Part shown: positions 1-8,928 of the stretch, in pieces
How positions within the stretch are numbered: position 1 is the first letter of the stretch
How the letters are laid out: each line of letters opens with the position of its first letter
Position numbers and translations under genes: made by a program
The notes under the pieces: generated by a model
What the model was told of the DNA's origin: nothing
Databases searched by the model: none
What the model saw: the letters and a program-made list of their open reading frames with translations, nothing else
NCBI GenBank assembly: GCA_965219455.1
Contig: OZ244744.1
Location: 448,001 to 512,000 of the forward strand
Reading direction: 5' to 3'
Source of the DNA: Candidatus Latescibacterota bacterium
GTDB lineage: Bacteria > Latescibacterota > UBA2968 > GCA-2709665
DNA length: 64,000 nt

Positions 1-474
1 CTCAACGAGCCGTGCCAGGTACGTTTCAGTCATCAGACGTTCGTACGCCGGCGTCTGCTTTCGAACTCGTCGCAAAAGATCTTCGGTCGAATTGTGGAGA
101 TATATTACCAGGTCGGGATTCGGCACCTTCTCCCGAAGCGTCTCGGACATACGCTCGTACAACGAAAGTTCGGCGTCGTTCAGGCAGACATGGGCGTATA
201 TACCGCTTCGGGCGAACAGATAGTTGCTGACCACCGTGGACTCGAAGAGGTCCATCTGGTGCAGATCCTGCTGCTGCCGGTACCGGTGCAGCATGAAGAA
301 GACCTGCGTCTGAAACCCGTAGTGCTCGGGGTTTTCGTAAAAAAGGGGTAGAAACGGATTCTCTTCCGCCTCTTCAAGAACCAGGCGCGCCTGCATGGAC
401 CTTCCGAGGAGGCGGGCAAGATCGGTCTTGCCCACACAAGGGGGCCCTTCGATTGCGAGATAGCGTACGGCCAC
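1..474 (-). CDS. Deoxynucleoside kinase family protein (3' end outside window)
   Basis: Not in the ORF track; translated by hand from GTG at 474: YLAIEGP..VGKT (P-loop), EEAEENPFL, FQTQVFF..RY, PDLVIYL. Lies directly downstream of folK, a common arrangement. Confidence 0.85.
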   Translation of the reverse strand, partial: MAVRYLAIEGPPCVGKTDLARLLGRSMQARLVLEEAEENPFLPLFYENPEHYGFQTQVFFMLHRYRQQQDLHQMDLFESTVVSNYLFARSGIYAHVCLNDAELSLYERMSETLREKVPNPDLVIYLHNSTEDLLRRVRKQTPAYERLMTETYLARLVE

Positions 475-485
475 AAATTACGCCT

Positions 486-998
486 TTATGTGCAAACCGA
501 CAGCAGCGAAACCCCTTCCAGCTTCCGCACTTCCTGCGTCGGAACGATCGATTCGGCCAATTCCGAAAAGGTTTTGTTGAACACGGGATGGCGACCTCGC
601 GGCGCCAACTCGCACAGGGGAACCAGAACAAAGGCCCGCTCGTGTAACCTCGGATGAGGTATTTGCAGACCTCGACGTCGGATAACCGCATTCCCGTAGA
701 GCAGGATGTCCAGATCCAGGAGCCGCGGACCCCACCTCTGTTCGCGGATTCTTCCGAACCTTCTTTCAACCGCCAACAGACATTCCAGCAGCGCACGCGC
801 GTCGAGGTCTGTTTCCACGGCAAGCACCGCATTCAGGAACATCGGTTGCTCGGTTACCCCGATCGGCGCAGTCTCGTAGACCGGAGAAGCAGCCTTCACC
901 TCAAGTCTATCGTGAGTGTCCAGCACGGCCGTGGCCCGGCGCAATACAGCCGCCCGGTCGTCCAGGTTCGCCCCCATACCGATGTAAGCGAGCGCCAT
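486..998 (-). CDS. folK: 2-amino-4-hydroxy-6-hydroxymethyldihydropteridine diphosphokinase
   Basis: AYIGMGANL, YETAP, FLNAV, RWGPRLLDLDIL and IPHPRLHERAFVL motifs. Family start at ATG 998; the frame stays open upstream to 1169 through an inserted element. Confidence 0.95.
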   Translation of the reverse strand: MALAYIGMGANLDDRAAVLRRATAVLDTHDRLEVKAASPVYETAPIGVTEQPMFLNAVLAVETDLDARALLECLLAVERRFGRIREQRWGPRLLDLDILLYGNAVIRRRGLQIPHPRLHERAFVLVPLCELAPRGRHPVFNKTFSELAESIVPTQEVRKLEGVSLLSVCT

Positions 999-1000
999 AG

Positions 1001-1160
1001 CAGTCCGTTGAAAAAGTCGCTCTGCAGGCGAGGCCGAGTCATTGTGGCCGAAGACAAGGCGCGCGACCGCGTCGAATCGGAGGATTCGGGGAGGGAGTGC
1101 AACGCAGTAATTCGGCCACAAGGGCCGGACGCAGCCCGGATGAACTTTTTCAACGGGCTG
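1001..1160. mobile_element. 160-bp MITE-like element with 4-bp target duplication
   Basis: Terminal inverted repeats CAGTCCGTTGAAAAAGT / ACTTTTTCAACGGGCTG; ATAG on both flanks (997-1000, 1161-1164); internal perfect 11-bp inverted repeat 1042-1052/1110-1120. Confidence 0.85.
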
Positions 1161-1165
1161 ATAGG

Positions 1166-1522
1166 TCATCCCCGCTCCACTTCGACCTCTACGCCGTCGA
1201 ATATCGCTTGCATGGGCGGATTGGGTTTGCGAACCCTGACCCGCAGACGCTTCAGATGGAGGCTCGACTGCAGCACCTCGGCGATGCGGTCGGCCAGGGC
1301 CTCCACCAGACCGAAACGCTCACCCGTTACCACCGCGTGCGTCGTTTCATAGACCCGTGAATAGTCGACGGCGTCGGTGGCGCCGTCGTGGGCATAACCC
1401 CGAAAGTCCGAGAAGATCTCCACGTCCACCTCGAACCACTGCCCCAATTTCGCCTCTTCGGGAAACAGCCCATGGTAGGCATAAAACCTCATATTTCTCA
1501 GGCGCAATACGTCGTTTCCCAT
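1166..1522 (-). CDS. folB: Dihydroneopterin aldolase
   Basis: FYAYHG..PEE...GQ.F.VD, VDY, LVEALA..IA and VRVRKP motifs; adjacent to folK. Confidence 0.95.
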   Translation of the reverse strand: MGNDVLRLRNMRFYAYHGLFPEEAKLGQWFEVDVEIFSDFRGYAHDGATDAVDYSRVYETTHAVVTGERFGLVEALADRIAEVLQSSLHLKRLRVRVRKPNPPMQAIFDGVEVEVERG

Positions 1523-1636
1523 TGCCTATCTCAGCCGCCCCCAGCGGATGCGGGCCACCGTACCCCTCTCGAATTGCCTCGCGTAACGACACCGGCGCCG
1601 TCGGGGCCGCCTTACTCCCGGCACTCCATTCATATC

Positions 1637-1665
1637 AATATAAATGAACAAATGTGCAGAGTCAA
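1637..1665 (-). promoter_or_regulatory. Sigma70-type promoter for folB-folK-dNK
   Basis: Minus strand TTGACT-N17-TATATT. Confidence 0.6.
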
Positions 1666-1732
1666 CAACCCTCTGGATTCCGGCCGGATAAGACCGCCTC
1701 GCGCCGGTGCGCTCGTTTGTGACAGAAAGCCC

Positions 1733-1761
1733 TTGACATCGCCGATTTCCGCCTTTATTCT
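1733..1761 (+). promoter_or_regulatory. Sigma70-like promoter pointing antisense into the ygfZ-like gene
   Basis: TTGACA-N17-TATTCT. Confidence 0.4.
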
Positions 1762-2854
1762 AGGATGACGGACCGTCTCCGGGTCGAGCTGCCTGTCGTC
1801 GGAAAAACGGCAGTTCGACAACCTCGGCCCGACCTCCGCCATCGACAGACAGGAAACGGCCGAGCTGTTCATACCCCCGGCGGACGGAGGCCAGCGATAC
1901 CACCCGCCCCAGGGCAGGTGAACGCAGGCTGCTTGTAATCCACCCGATCTGTTTTTCGCCGTCACGAAGGGGTGTTTCAGCGGGCGGAACTGTCTCCGTC
2001 TCGAGGCGGAGACCAACCAGATATCGTCTGGGCTTGCCCAAATTGTGCATCTTGGCGATCGTTTCCTGGCCAATAAAACATCCTTTTGCGAAATCGACCG
2101 CGTGATAGAGGCCCGCTTCCAGCGGTACAACCCTCTCGTCCATGTCCACTCCGTAACGTGGAATTCCGGCCTCTATTCGCAACGCCTCCAATGCCCGAAT
2201 ACCCACGGGTCGCGCGCCCGCGGAAATTAACGCATCCCAGAGGTGCGGGGCTTTATCCGCCGTTATCCGGAGGTCATAGCCGGGCTCTCCCGTATAGGAA
2301 CGCGCGGTCACGGACACATCCGCGCCATCCATCGCACGGACGACGGTATGGCAATCCGCAAGATCGGCGGGCACCTCACCCAACACACGCGCGATCAGCG
2401 CCAGGGAGGCCCGTCCGTGTACGCCCAATAACGCCTGTTCCCCGGTAACGTCTTTGATATCGACGTCATCCGCGATCAGGAATTTATCCAGGGACGCCAT
2501 CAATTTTTCCTGCAATCCCGGCTCCGTTTCCAGCAGGAACCCTTCCGCACGGTGATACACCCATACGTCGGTCAGTGTCTGGCCCCGAGGCGTCGTCATT
2601 GTCGCATAATTGCCCCCTCCGGTTTCCAGCCCCTGGACCGTATTGCTCAACATCCCGTGCAAAAAACGTGCACTGTCAGATCCGGTAACCAGCAGGTGGC
2701 CCCTGTCGCTCCGATCGACCAGGCCCACTGCCTCACGAACCGAAGCGTACTCGGATGCGGCATCGCCGTAATGCGCCGCCTCCTCCCTGCCGTCAATCCG
2801 TTCGAATACCGCGCCCGCCGTCAGTTTGGCTGCACGCAGCGCTGAAACAGTCAT
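1760..2854 (-). CDS. GcvT/YgfZ family folate-binding aminomethyltransferase-like protein
   Basis: DRSDRG.L.VTG.D...FL, RSYTGEPGYD, LRIEAGIP and KGCFIGQE (YgfZ-type motif). ATG 2854 has a GGGAGG ribosome-binding site. Confidence 0.9.
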   Translation of the reverse strand: MTVSALRAAKLTAGAVFERIDGREEAAHYGDAASEYASVREAVGLVDRSDRGHLLVTGSDSARFLHGMLSNTVQGLETGGGNYATMTTPRGQTLTDVWVYHRAEGFLLETEPGLQEKLMASLDKFLIADDVDIKDVTGEQALLGVHGRASLALIARVLGEVPADLADCHTVVRAMDGADVSVTARSYTGEPGYDLRITADKAPHLWDALISAGARPVGIRALEALRIEAGIPRYGVDMDERVVPLEAGLYHAVDFAKGCFIGQETIAKMHNLGKPRRYLVGLRLETETVPPAETPLRDGEKQIGWITSSLRSPALGRVVSLASVRRGYEQLGRFLSVDGGGRAEVVELPFFRRQAARPGDGPSS

Positions 2855-3001
2855 TGGCGACCTCCCGATTGAATGCCGAAAAGACACGTTTACGTGCTGA
2901 TGAAACTTATTTTGAACCCCCGGCCATGTCAAGCAAAACCAGCGTGGCGACATCGATTCCGCACAGACTCTGAAACGCCGCTTGTCCGCCGCGTATCCGG
3001 C

Positions 3002-3568
3002 ATGAAACGCTTCATTCCAACGGCCCTTCTCGTGCTTGTCGCCTGCGGCCACGGCCTGGGTCCCGGGCCGCCCGACGGAACGGGCATCAAGGGAACGCTC
3101 ATATTCAACGGCGAGTGGCCGCCGGAAACCAACGACGTCGCCGTGGCAGTCTACAGGCGTCGCCCGCAAACCCTGGCCGATTTCTTCAACATTGCGGGCT
3201 GGGACACAACCGTGACCATCGGTGCGGTCCGTTACGAATATTTCGTTCCTCTGGAAGAGCCGGGCACCTATGAATGGATTGTGGTGGCCTGGCGGCCCGA
3301 AGGCGGCTTCTGGAACTTCGACTCCTTGCTCGGCTGTTACCACGTCGGCAACGACACCCTGCCCACACCGGTGCAGGTTAACCTGGGTGAAACCACAAAA
3401 AATGTCGATATCCAGACCTATTTCGACCTCGTGCAGGGCGCCGATCGGCCGGATCGTCACATTTGCACCGGCTTTTTGCCTCCTCTGCCTTCTTTTTCCG
3501 GGCACAACCCTGCAGGCGGAAACCTCCGGTACGATGGTCGGACGAGCAACCGACGAAAAGACAGGTGA
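3002..3568 (+). CDS. Predicted lipoprotein of unknown function
   Basis: MKRFIPTALLVLVAC signal peptide with lipobox; directly upstream of a TonB-dependent receptor. Confidence 0.7.
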   Translation: MKRFIPTALLVLVACGHGLGPGPPDGTGIKGTLIFNGEWPPETNDVAVAVYRRRPQTLADFFNIAGWDTTVTIGAVRYEYFVPLEEPGTYEWIVVAWRPEGGFWNFDSLLGCYHVGNDTLPTPVQVNLGETTKNVDIQTYFDLVQGADRPDRHICTGFLPPLPSFSGHNPAGGNLRYDGRTSNRRKDR

Positions 3569-5615
3569 CCCGTTGCCGGGCGCCAACATCGTATTGCTTG
3601 GCACCGGCATCGGAACGGAAACCGGCGTGGACGGAGAATTCAGACTGACCGGTTTACCGCCGGGCGTCTACACCGTCTCCGTCTCCATGCTGGGTTTCGC
3701 ACCGCATATGGCGAAAGACATTCGCGTTACCGCGAACGATACCCTCCGGCTGTCCGTCCAACTCTCGTCGACGCCGATCAAAATGCCCGCCATCGTGGTT
3801 TCCGCGAGCAAACGCGCACGAAACGTGGTCGACGCGCCAACAAGCGTCTCGCTAATCGGCTCGGAGGAACTCCAGTCCGACAATTCCGTCTCCCTGAATG
3901 AATCCCTGGAATACGTTCCCGGCGTAAATATGGTGGGAGGCCAGGTCAACATAAGGGGGTCCAGCGGTTATTCCAGGGGAACGGGAAGCCGCGTGCTCAT
4001 GCTGATCGACGGCTTTCCGGCACTATCCGCCGACAACGCCGACGTCAAGTGGGACGCCATTCCCATGGACCAGATCGCGCGCGTGGAAATCATCAAAGGC
4101 GCCGGGTCCGCGCTCTACGGCACCGGCGCGCTCGGCGGCATCATCAACGTCATCACGCGGAATCCGTCGCCCGAACCGGAGACCCACTTCCGGTTTCTGG
4201 GCGGGCGATACAGCGAACCCAGCCATCAGGAGTGGCGCTGGTCGTCGAGCGGGCGGTACTTCGAGGGCACGGACATCAGCCATTCCCGGCAGTCCGGTAA
4301 CACGGGTTTCATTCTGGGCGCCGGACAGAAATGGACCAACGGATTCAGAGAAAACGCATGGCACAGGAGATACAAACTCTTCGGCAAACTCAGGCATCGC
4401 TTCAAGGCTGCGGCGACGTTTACCGCAACCTGCAACTGGGCCCTGGACGATCACGGCACCTTCGTCCTGTGGAAAGACAGAAACGAGCCCCTGGAAGTGC
4501 CTGAGAGCGCAAAAAACGACAAAACCGTATCTCAGAAGCTGAATCTGAACGTCGACTTCTATCACCTGCTCAACCCGCAATCGGGCTATCGACTCAAATC
4601 CTTCGTGTATCGCACGGAATTTGACAACGAAATTAGCGGGCGAACCCGGTCGGAAGCCTACAAATTCGGCCAGGAACTCCAGTTGGATCTCCAGCCCGCC
4701 GCAAAGTTGGCGCTAACTGTCGGAACGCAGTGGATCCATGATACCGTGCATTCTTCAGATCACCTCTTCGGCAATCACACCGGGCTCAACCTGGCCGCCT
4801 ACGCCCAGGCCGAAATCGAAGCCGCGGATCGGTTTACGCTGTCCGGGGGCAGCCGCTACGACCGTTACCGCACCGACGACCGCAACGAGGAAAATCGCCT
4901 CAGTCCCAAGCTGGGTTTCTCTTATCGCCCATCCGGGCGTACCACGCTGCGCGCGACCCTGGGATGGGGCTTCAGAGGGCCCTCAATCGCCGAAATCTAC
5001 ACCGACGCCACCTTCTCCGCTATTCCCATTGTTCCCAATACCGGCCTGGTGGCCGAAAGAAGCATCTCCACCGAACTTGCCCTGGATCACCGTCCGACTC
5101 CCTGGTCTCACCTCAATGCCGCGGCATTCTGGAGCCGCTATCAGGATCTCGTCGAGGCCCGGCCGGACGCAACCGGGCGCGTCAGTTTCAGGAACGTGGC
5201 CAGAGGCCGAACCGCCGGCGTCGAAGCGGGCCTGGCCGCCGCGTTGCATCCGTTGCGCTTCGAAGGGAACTATACCTTCATCAGCGCGATTGAGAATCTG
5301 CCGGAGGGCGACCAGCCGCTTCCGTATCGCCCCCGGCACATTGCCACCGCCGGATTGCAGACCACGTTCCGCCGGCTCACATTGGTAGGCCGATTCAAGT
5401 TCAGAAGCCGAATCCTGCGGGCATCCGGACTATTGCCGGAAGGGAACCGCGATCTCATACCGGTTTATCTGCTCGACCTCTCGGCCGCGTACACGCTCGG
5501 GCAGGTCCAGGTGGTGCTGAAGGCTCATAACGCCCTGGCGTACAACTACGCCGTTGTGGAACGCAATCTGGGGTCGCCCCGACGCATCTCTCTCGGCATA
5601 ACGGCCCGGCACTGA
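3402..5615 (+). CDS. TonB-dependent receptor with N-terminal carboxypeptidase-regulatory-like domain (start uncertain)
   Basis: TGDPLPGANIVLLGT N-terminal domain, TonB-box-like IVVSASK, plug motif RVEIIKGAGSALYG..ALGGIINVIT, beta-barrel pattern. Confidence 0.9.
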   Translation: MSISRPISTSCRAPIGRIVTFAPAFCLLCLLFPGTTLQAETSGTMVGRATDEKTGDPLPGANIVLLGTGIGTETGVDGEFRLTGLPPGVYTVSVSMLGFAPHMAKDIRVTANDTLRLSVQLSSTPIKMPAIVVSASKRARNVVDAPTSVSLIGSEELQSDNSVSLNESLEYVPGVNMVGGQVNIRGSSGYSRGTGSRVLMLIDGFPALSADNADVKWDAIPMDQIARVEIIKGAGSALYGTGALGGIINVITRNPSPEPETHFRFLGGRYSEPSHQEWRWSSSGRYFEGTDISHSRQSGNTGFILGAGQKWTNGFRENAWHRRYKLFGKLRHRFKAAATFTATCNWALDDHGTFVLWKDRNEPLEVPESAKNDKTVSQKLNLNVDFYHLLNPQSGYRLKSFVYRTEFDNEISGRTRSEAYKFGQELQLDLQPAAKLALTVGTQWIHDTVHSSDHLFGNHTGLNLAAYAQAEIEAADRFTLSGGSRYDRYRTDDRNEENRLSPKLGFSYRPSGRTTLRATLGWGFRGPSIAEIYTDATFSAIPIVPNTGLVAERSISTELALDHRPTPWSHLNAAAFWSRYQDLVEARPDATGRVSFRNVARGRTAGVEAGLAAALHPLRFEGNYTFISAIENLPEGDQPLPYRPRHIATAGLQTTFRRLTLVGRFKFRSRILRASGLLPEGNRDLIPVYLLDLSAAYTLGQVQVVLKAHNALAYNYAVVERNLGSPRRISLGITARH

Positions 5616-5634
5616 ACCCAACAAGGAGATTTCC

Positions 5635-6603
5635 ATGAAAGCGATTCAAGTTTCCCGCACCGGCGGTCCCGAAGTCCTGTGCTATAAGGAAGTCCCGAAT
5701 CCGGAGCCCGGCCCGGGTGAAGCACTGGTCGAAATCGAAGCCATTGGTCTGAACTATATAGACACCTACCACCGCACGGGGCTTTTTCCGCTCGACTTGC
5801 CCTTTATTCCGGGCCTCGAGGCCGCGGGTACGGTGGCGGCTCTGGGTTCTGAAGTCACCGAATTCCAATTGGGGGACCGCGTGGCCTACGCAGGGGTGCC
5901 CTGCTCGTATGCCGAATTCGTGGCCGCGCCACGGGAGCGGCTCGTCAGACTTCCCGATGGCGTGGACGCCGCCGCCGGCGCGGCTGCCATGCTCCAGGGA
6001 ATGACATCCCATTATCTCGTGCACAGCACGTATGTCGTTGCGGAAGGCGACACCGTTCTCATCCACGCCGCCGCGGGCGGCGTGGGGCTCATCCTGGTCC
6101 AGATGGCGAAATTGCGGGGGGCGCGGGTTATCGGCACCGTGTCAACGGAAGAAAAAGCGCAACTGGCACGGGACGCGGGAGCGGATGAAACCATCAGATA
6201 CACCGAACAGGATTTCGAAGCCGAAGTCAATCGCCTCACGAATGGCGGGGGCGTGCACGTCGCATACGACTCGGTGGGGAAAACCACCTGGGAAAAAAGC
6301 ATGAATTGCCTTCGGCCCCGGGGTTGCCTCGTGCTCTTCGGCAATGCCAGCGGCCCCGTACCGCCCGTAGACCCGCTGCTGCTCTCCCGTCACGGCTCGA
6401 TATTCCTGACGCGCCCCACCCTTGTCGACTACACCGCGACCCGGGAGGAACTGCATCTTCGCGCCGGGGACGTGCTTGCCTGGCTGCAAACCGGCAAGCT
6501 CAGACTGCGCATCGACCGCACGCTTCCCCTTTCCAATGCGCCCGAGGCGCACCGGCTTCTGGAAGGCAGGCAGACGAAGGGCAAGGTGCTCCTGACCCCG
6601 TAG
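5635..6603 (+). CDS. qor: NADPH:quinone oxidoreductase (zeta-crystallin MDR family)
   Basis: GGPEVL, AIGLNYID.Y.RTG, HAAAGGVG, YDSVGK, GKVLL.P; AAGGAG ribosome-binding site. Confidence 0.9.
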   Translation: MKAIQVSRTGGPEVLCYKEVPNPEPGPGEALVEIEAIGLNYIDTYHRTGLFPLDLPFIPGLEAAGTVAALGSEVTEFQLGDRVAYAGVPCSYAEFVAAPRERLVRLPDGVDAAAGAAAMLQGMTSHYLVHSTYVVAEGDTVLIHAAAGGVGLILVQMAKLRGARVIGTVSTEEKAQLARDAGADETIRYTEQDFEAEVNRLTNGGGVHVAYDSVGKTTWEKSMNCLRPRGCLVLFGNASGPVPPVDPLLLSRHGSIFLTRPTLVDYTATREELHLRAGDVLAWLQTGKLRLRIDRTLPLSNAPEAHRLLEGRQTKGKVLLTP

Positions 6604-6674
6604 AATACCTGAAATATAAACACGGGTCGAGCGTCTAGTTCGCCCCGTGTTCCGCGCGCATCCGCCTCAGGTCG

Positions 6675-7424
6675 TCAGATGCAGAGTTCCCGCCTGATTC
6701 CCCTGACATCCATCTCGAATTCAATCTCACACACCGGCGGTCGCGCACGGTACAACCTGAAACCGTGCCGCTGCGCCATTCCCACTCCGGGCAGCACGAC
6801 CTCATCCAGAACACCCTCCAGCGGGTGCGCCGTGTATACATCCACCGTCGTCACCTGGTCCCAATTCGCCCCCATGCCCGCCAGCCGCTCCGCCATCACC
6901 CGCACCACGTACGCCGCTTTTTCGCGCATCGCGTCAGGGCCTGTCTCGCCTCGCCTCACGATGCCGTCGTTCACCAACTCGCCTCCAAGCAATTCACCGG
7001 CACCCGCGACGACGAACGTACCGCTGTTTTCTTCGCGGCAGGGTATGGTGTACGAAAACCCGTGCATCACGGTCTCGCCCGGCGGATTGAGCAACGGGGC
7101 AACATTGGTTCGCGCCACCGGATTCATCCCGTCCACATGCAAGTCCCAGGATCTCAAAAGGTCACAATACGCCTCGTTGAACCTGATGAACCCGTGCATC
7201 GGATGAGGTTTCGGGCAGCGTAGTTCCACCCCGCAAAGCGCATGCCGGTCCCGACCCGAGTCACACAGATGCATATCGACCTTCTCAAACCCGGCCAGCC
7301 ACGGCAGCGCATCCTTCAACGTCGCGTGTACGACCTCGTACCCGGTCGCGGCAATCACCCCGCAGGAATAGGGAATAATTCCTTTGAGGAATTGATACCG
7401 CCCTTTTTTATTCTCAATAAGCAT
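6675..7424 (-). CDS. CnbZ-like (2-amino-5-chloromuconate deaminase family) protein
   Basis: YQFLKGI.PYSCGV.A..GYEVVH, ELR.P.P, NPVARTNVAP, FVVAGAGE, RPPV.EIEFEMDVR; family recalled from memory. Confidence 0.6.
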   Translation of the reverse strand: MLIENKKGRYQFLKGIIPYSCGVIAATGYEVVHATLKDALPWLAGFEKVDMHLCDSGRDRHALCGVELRCPKPHPMHGFIRFNEAYCDLLRSWDLHVDGMNPVARTNVAPLLNPPGETVMHGFSYTIPCREENSGTFVVAGAGELLGGELVNDGIVRRGETGPDAMREKAAYVVRVMAERLAGMGANWDQVTTVDVYTAHPLEGVLDEVVLPGVGMAQRHGFRLYRARPPVCEIEFEMDVRGIRRELCI

Positions 7425-7490
7425 AAATCGAAGCCGTGGAGACGGATCTTTCCCAGGAACCCGATCAGCCGATCGCGTGCCCTTCGCCGA

Positions 7491-7509
7491 CCCTTCGACA
7501 GGCTAAGGG
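7491..7509. repeat. Single degenerate REP-like sequence
   Basis: CCCTTCGACAGGCTAAGGG resembles the common CCCTTCGACAGGCTCAGGG repeat; only one copy seen. Confidence 0.3.
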
Positions 7510-7556
7510 TCTCGGTACGTTCATGTTCGTTGCGTGCGTTGCCTTCGTATCGATAC

Positions 7557-8615
7557 TCAATCCAGAGGGTGCCTCAGATACGCCATCAGCAGCCGCGCTG
7601 AATTCAGAATCCCTTCCATCGAACAGATCTCGTACCCGTGGGTATTTTCTCCCGGATACGCGATGCAGGCCGCCCGGCCGGCCGACCCGATCCGCTTCGC
7701 AATACTGGCATCGCTCCCATAGGAAGTCACTACGGCTGGCTGCGTTTCGAATCCCATCCGTGTTGCCAGCCCGTCCAGGTGACGCAACGTCCGTTCGTGG
7801 TAAACTCCCGACGCATCGCCCCATAGCAGAACCGGATTGCCGCAATTCTCAATCTGATACTCTTCGGCCACGGGTGCGATATCCAGCGCGACCGCCGTCT
7901 GAGCGGGCAGTTGTCCGATCGAAAACGCGGCGCCCTGCGCGCCGATCTCCTCCTCGGAACTTGCCACAAGATACACATCGCGCGGCGGCGGCGTTTCCGC
8001 CAGTTGCCTGGCCGCCTCGAGCAGGACGGCCAGTCCTGCCCTGCAGTCCAGATTGTAACCGCAAATGAAATCTCCCAGGAACACGGGTGGTTTTCGGGAC
8101 CGCGCCAGCACCGCCTTGCTGCCGCGATGCACGCCGAGTTCTCCCAGTTCCCCGGCGGAGCGCTTGGTCTCGATCCAGAACGTCTCCCATTTTATCGCCT
8201 TGCCGGTTTTCAGAGGACCGGCCGGACTTTCATCGGAAACATGCTTGGACCCTACGGAAAGGATGCCCGTCACCGGTTCATCTTCGGTCAGGACGTCAAC
8301 CGGCCCCTCGCCCATCGCCCACGGATGGAGCCCGCCCAGTGGACGCACGCGCAGACGTCCATCGTCCTGGACACGCTTGACCATGAGTGCGATCTCATCC
8401 TTGTGCGCCGTGACGGCAACCGGCGCGCCATCCCCCCGGCCCTTGATATGAACCACGATGCTCTCAGCGGCATCCTGCCAAACCGACGCCGCAAGGGGTC
8501 GCACCTCATCCATCACAATGGCGTCGACTTCGCCTTCGGCCCCTGGAGGGGCATGGGCCATAAGGAGTTTTTCCAGCAACTTCAATAAACGTGAACGATC
8601 AATTCGCACATCCAT
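7557..8615 (-). CDS. M42 family metallopeptidase
   Basis: AHKDEI, LD.RAG, SEEEIG, ALDI, GSDA and NTHGYE metal-ligand motifs; GGAGG ribosome-binding site before ATG 8615. Confidence 0.85.
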   Translation of the reverse strand: MDVRIDRSRLLKLLEKLLMAHAPPGAEGEVDAIVMDEVRPLAASVWQDAAESIVVHIKGRGDGAPVAVTAHKDEIALMVKRVQDDGRLRVRPLGGLHPWAMGEGPVDVLTEDEPVTGILSVGSKHVSDESPAGPLKTGKAIKWETFWIETKRSAGELGELGVHRGSKAVLARSRKPPVFLGDFICGYNLDCRAGLAVLLEAARQLAETPPPRDVYLVASSEEEIGAQGAAFSIGQLPAQTAVALDIAPVAEEYQIENCGNPVLLWGDASGVYHERTLRHLDGLATRMGFETQPAVVTSYGSDASIAKRIGSAGRAACIAYPGENTHGYEICSMEGILNSARLLMAYLRHPLD

Positions 8616-8818
8616 CGGAATGCCTCCACAGACAGTCATTCGGCATGCCACCGCGGTCGCGTCACATCGGACGAAACATCGTGACGTAAGGAACCCGGAT
8701 CAGAAAGAACGATGCTTAGTGTATGCCGAATCGACCGGAAAATCCCGCGACCCGGCGCCGGTGAAAAGGACCCACGGAATCAGAAACGGAGATTCGCAGT
8801 CCGCATCGGAAATTTCGC

Positions 8819-8847
8819 TTGACATCCTGGTAAAAACGCCAAATATT
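8819..8847 (+). promoter_or_regulatory. Putative promoter of the sigma-factor gene
   Basis: TTGACA-N17-AATATT. Confidence 0.4.
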
Positions 8848-8928
8848 CAGGTTGATTTCATCTCATACGTCCTCCCGCCGGTTGCAGAATCCCATCCACT
8901 GATCGCACATCCAATCGAGGTGATCTTC

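Noticed and set aside
2855-3610. 616-aa version of the ygfZ-like ORF
   Set aside because: The extension is antisense to the lipoprotein gene; family similarity and a ribosome-binding site start at 2854.
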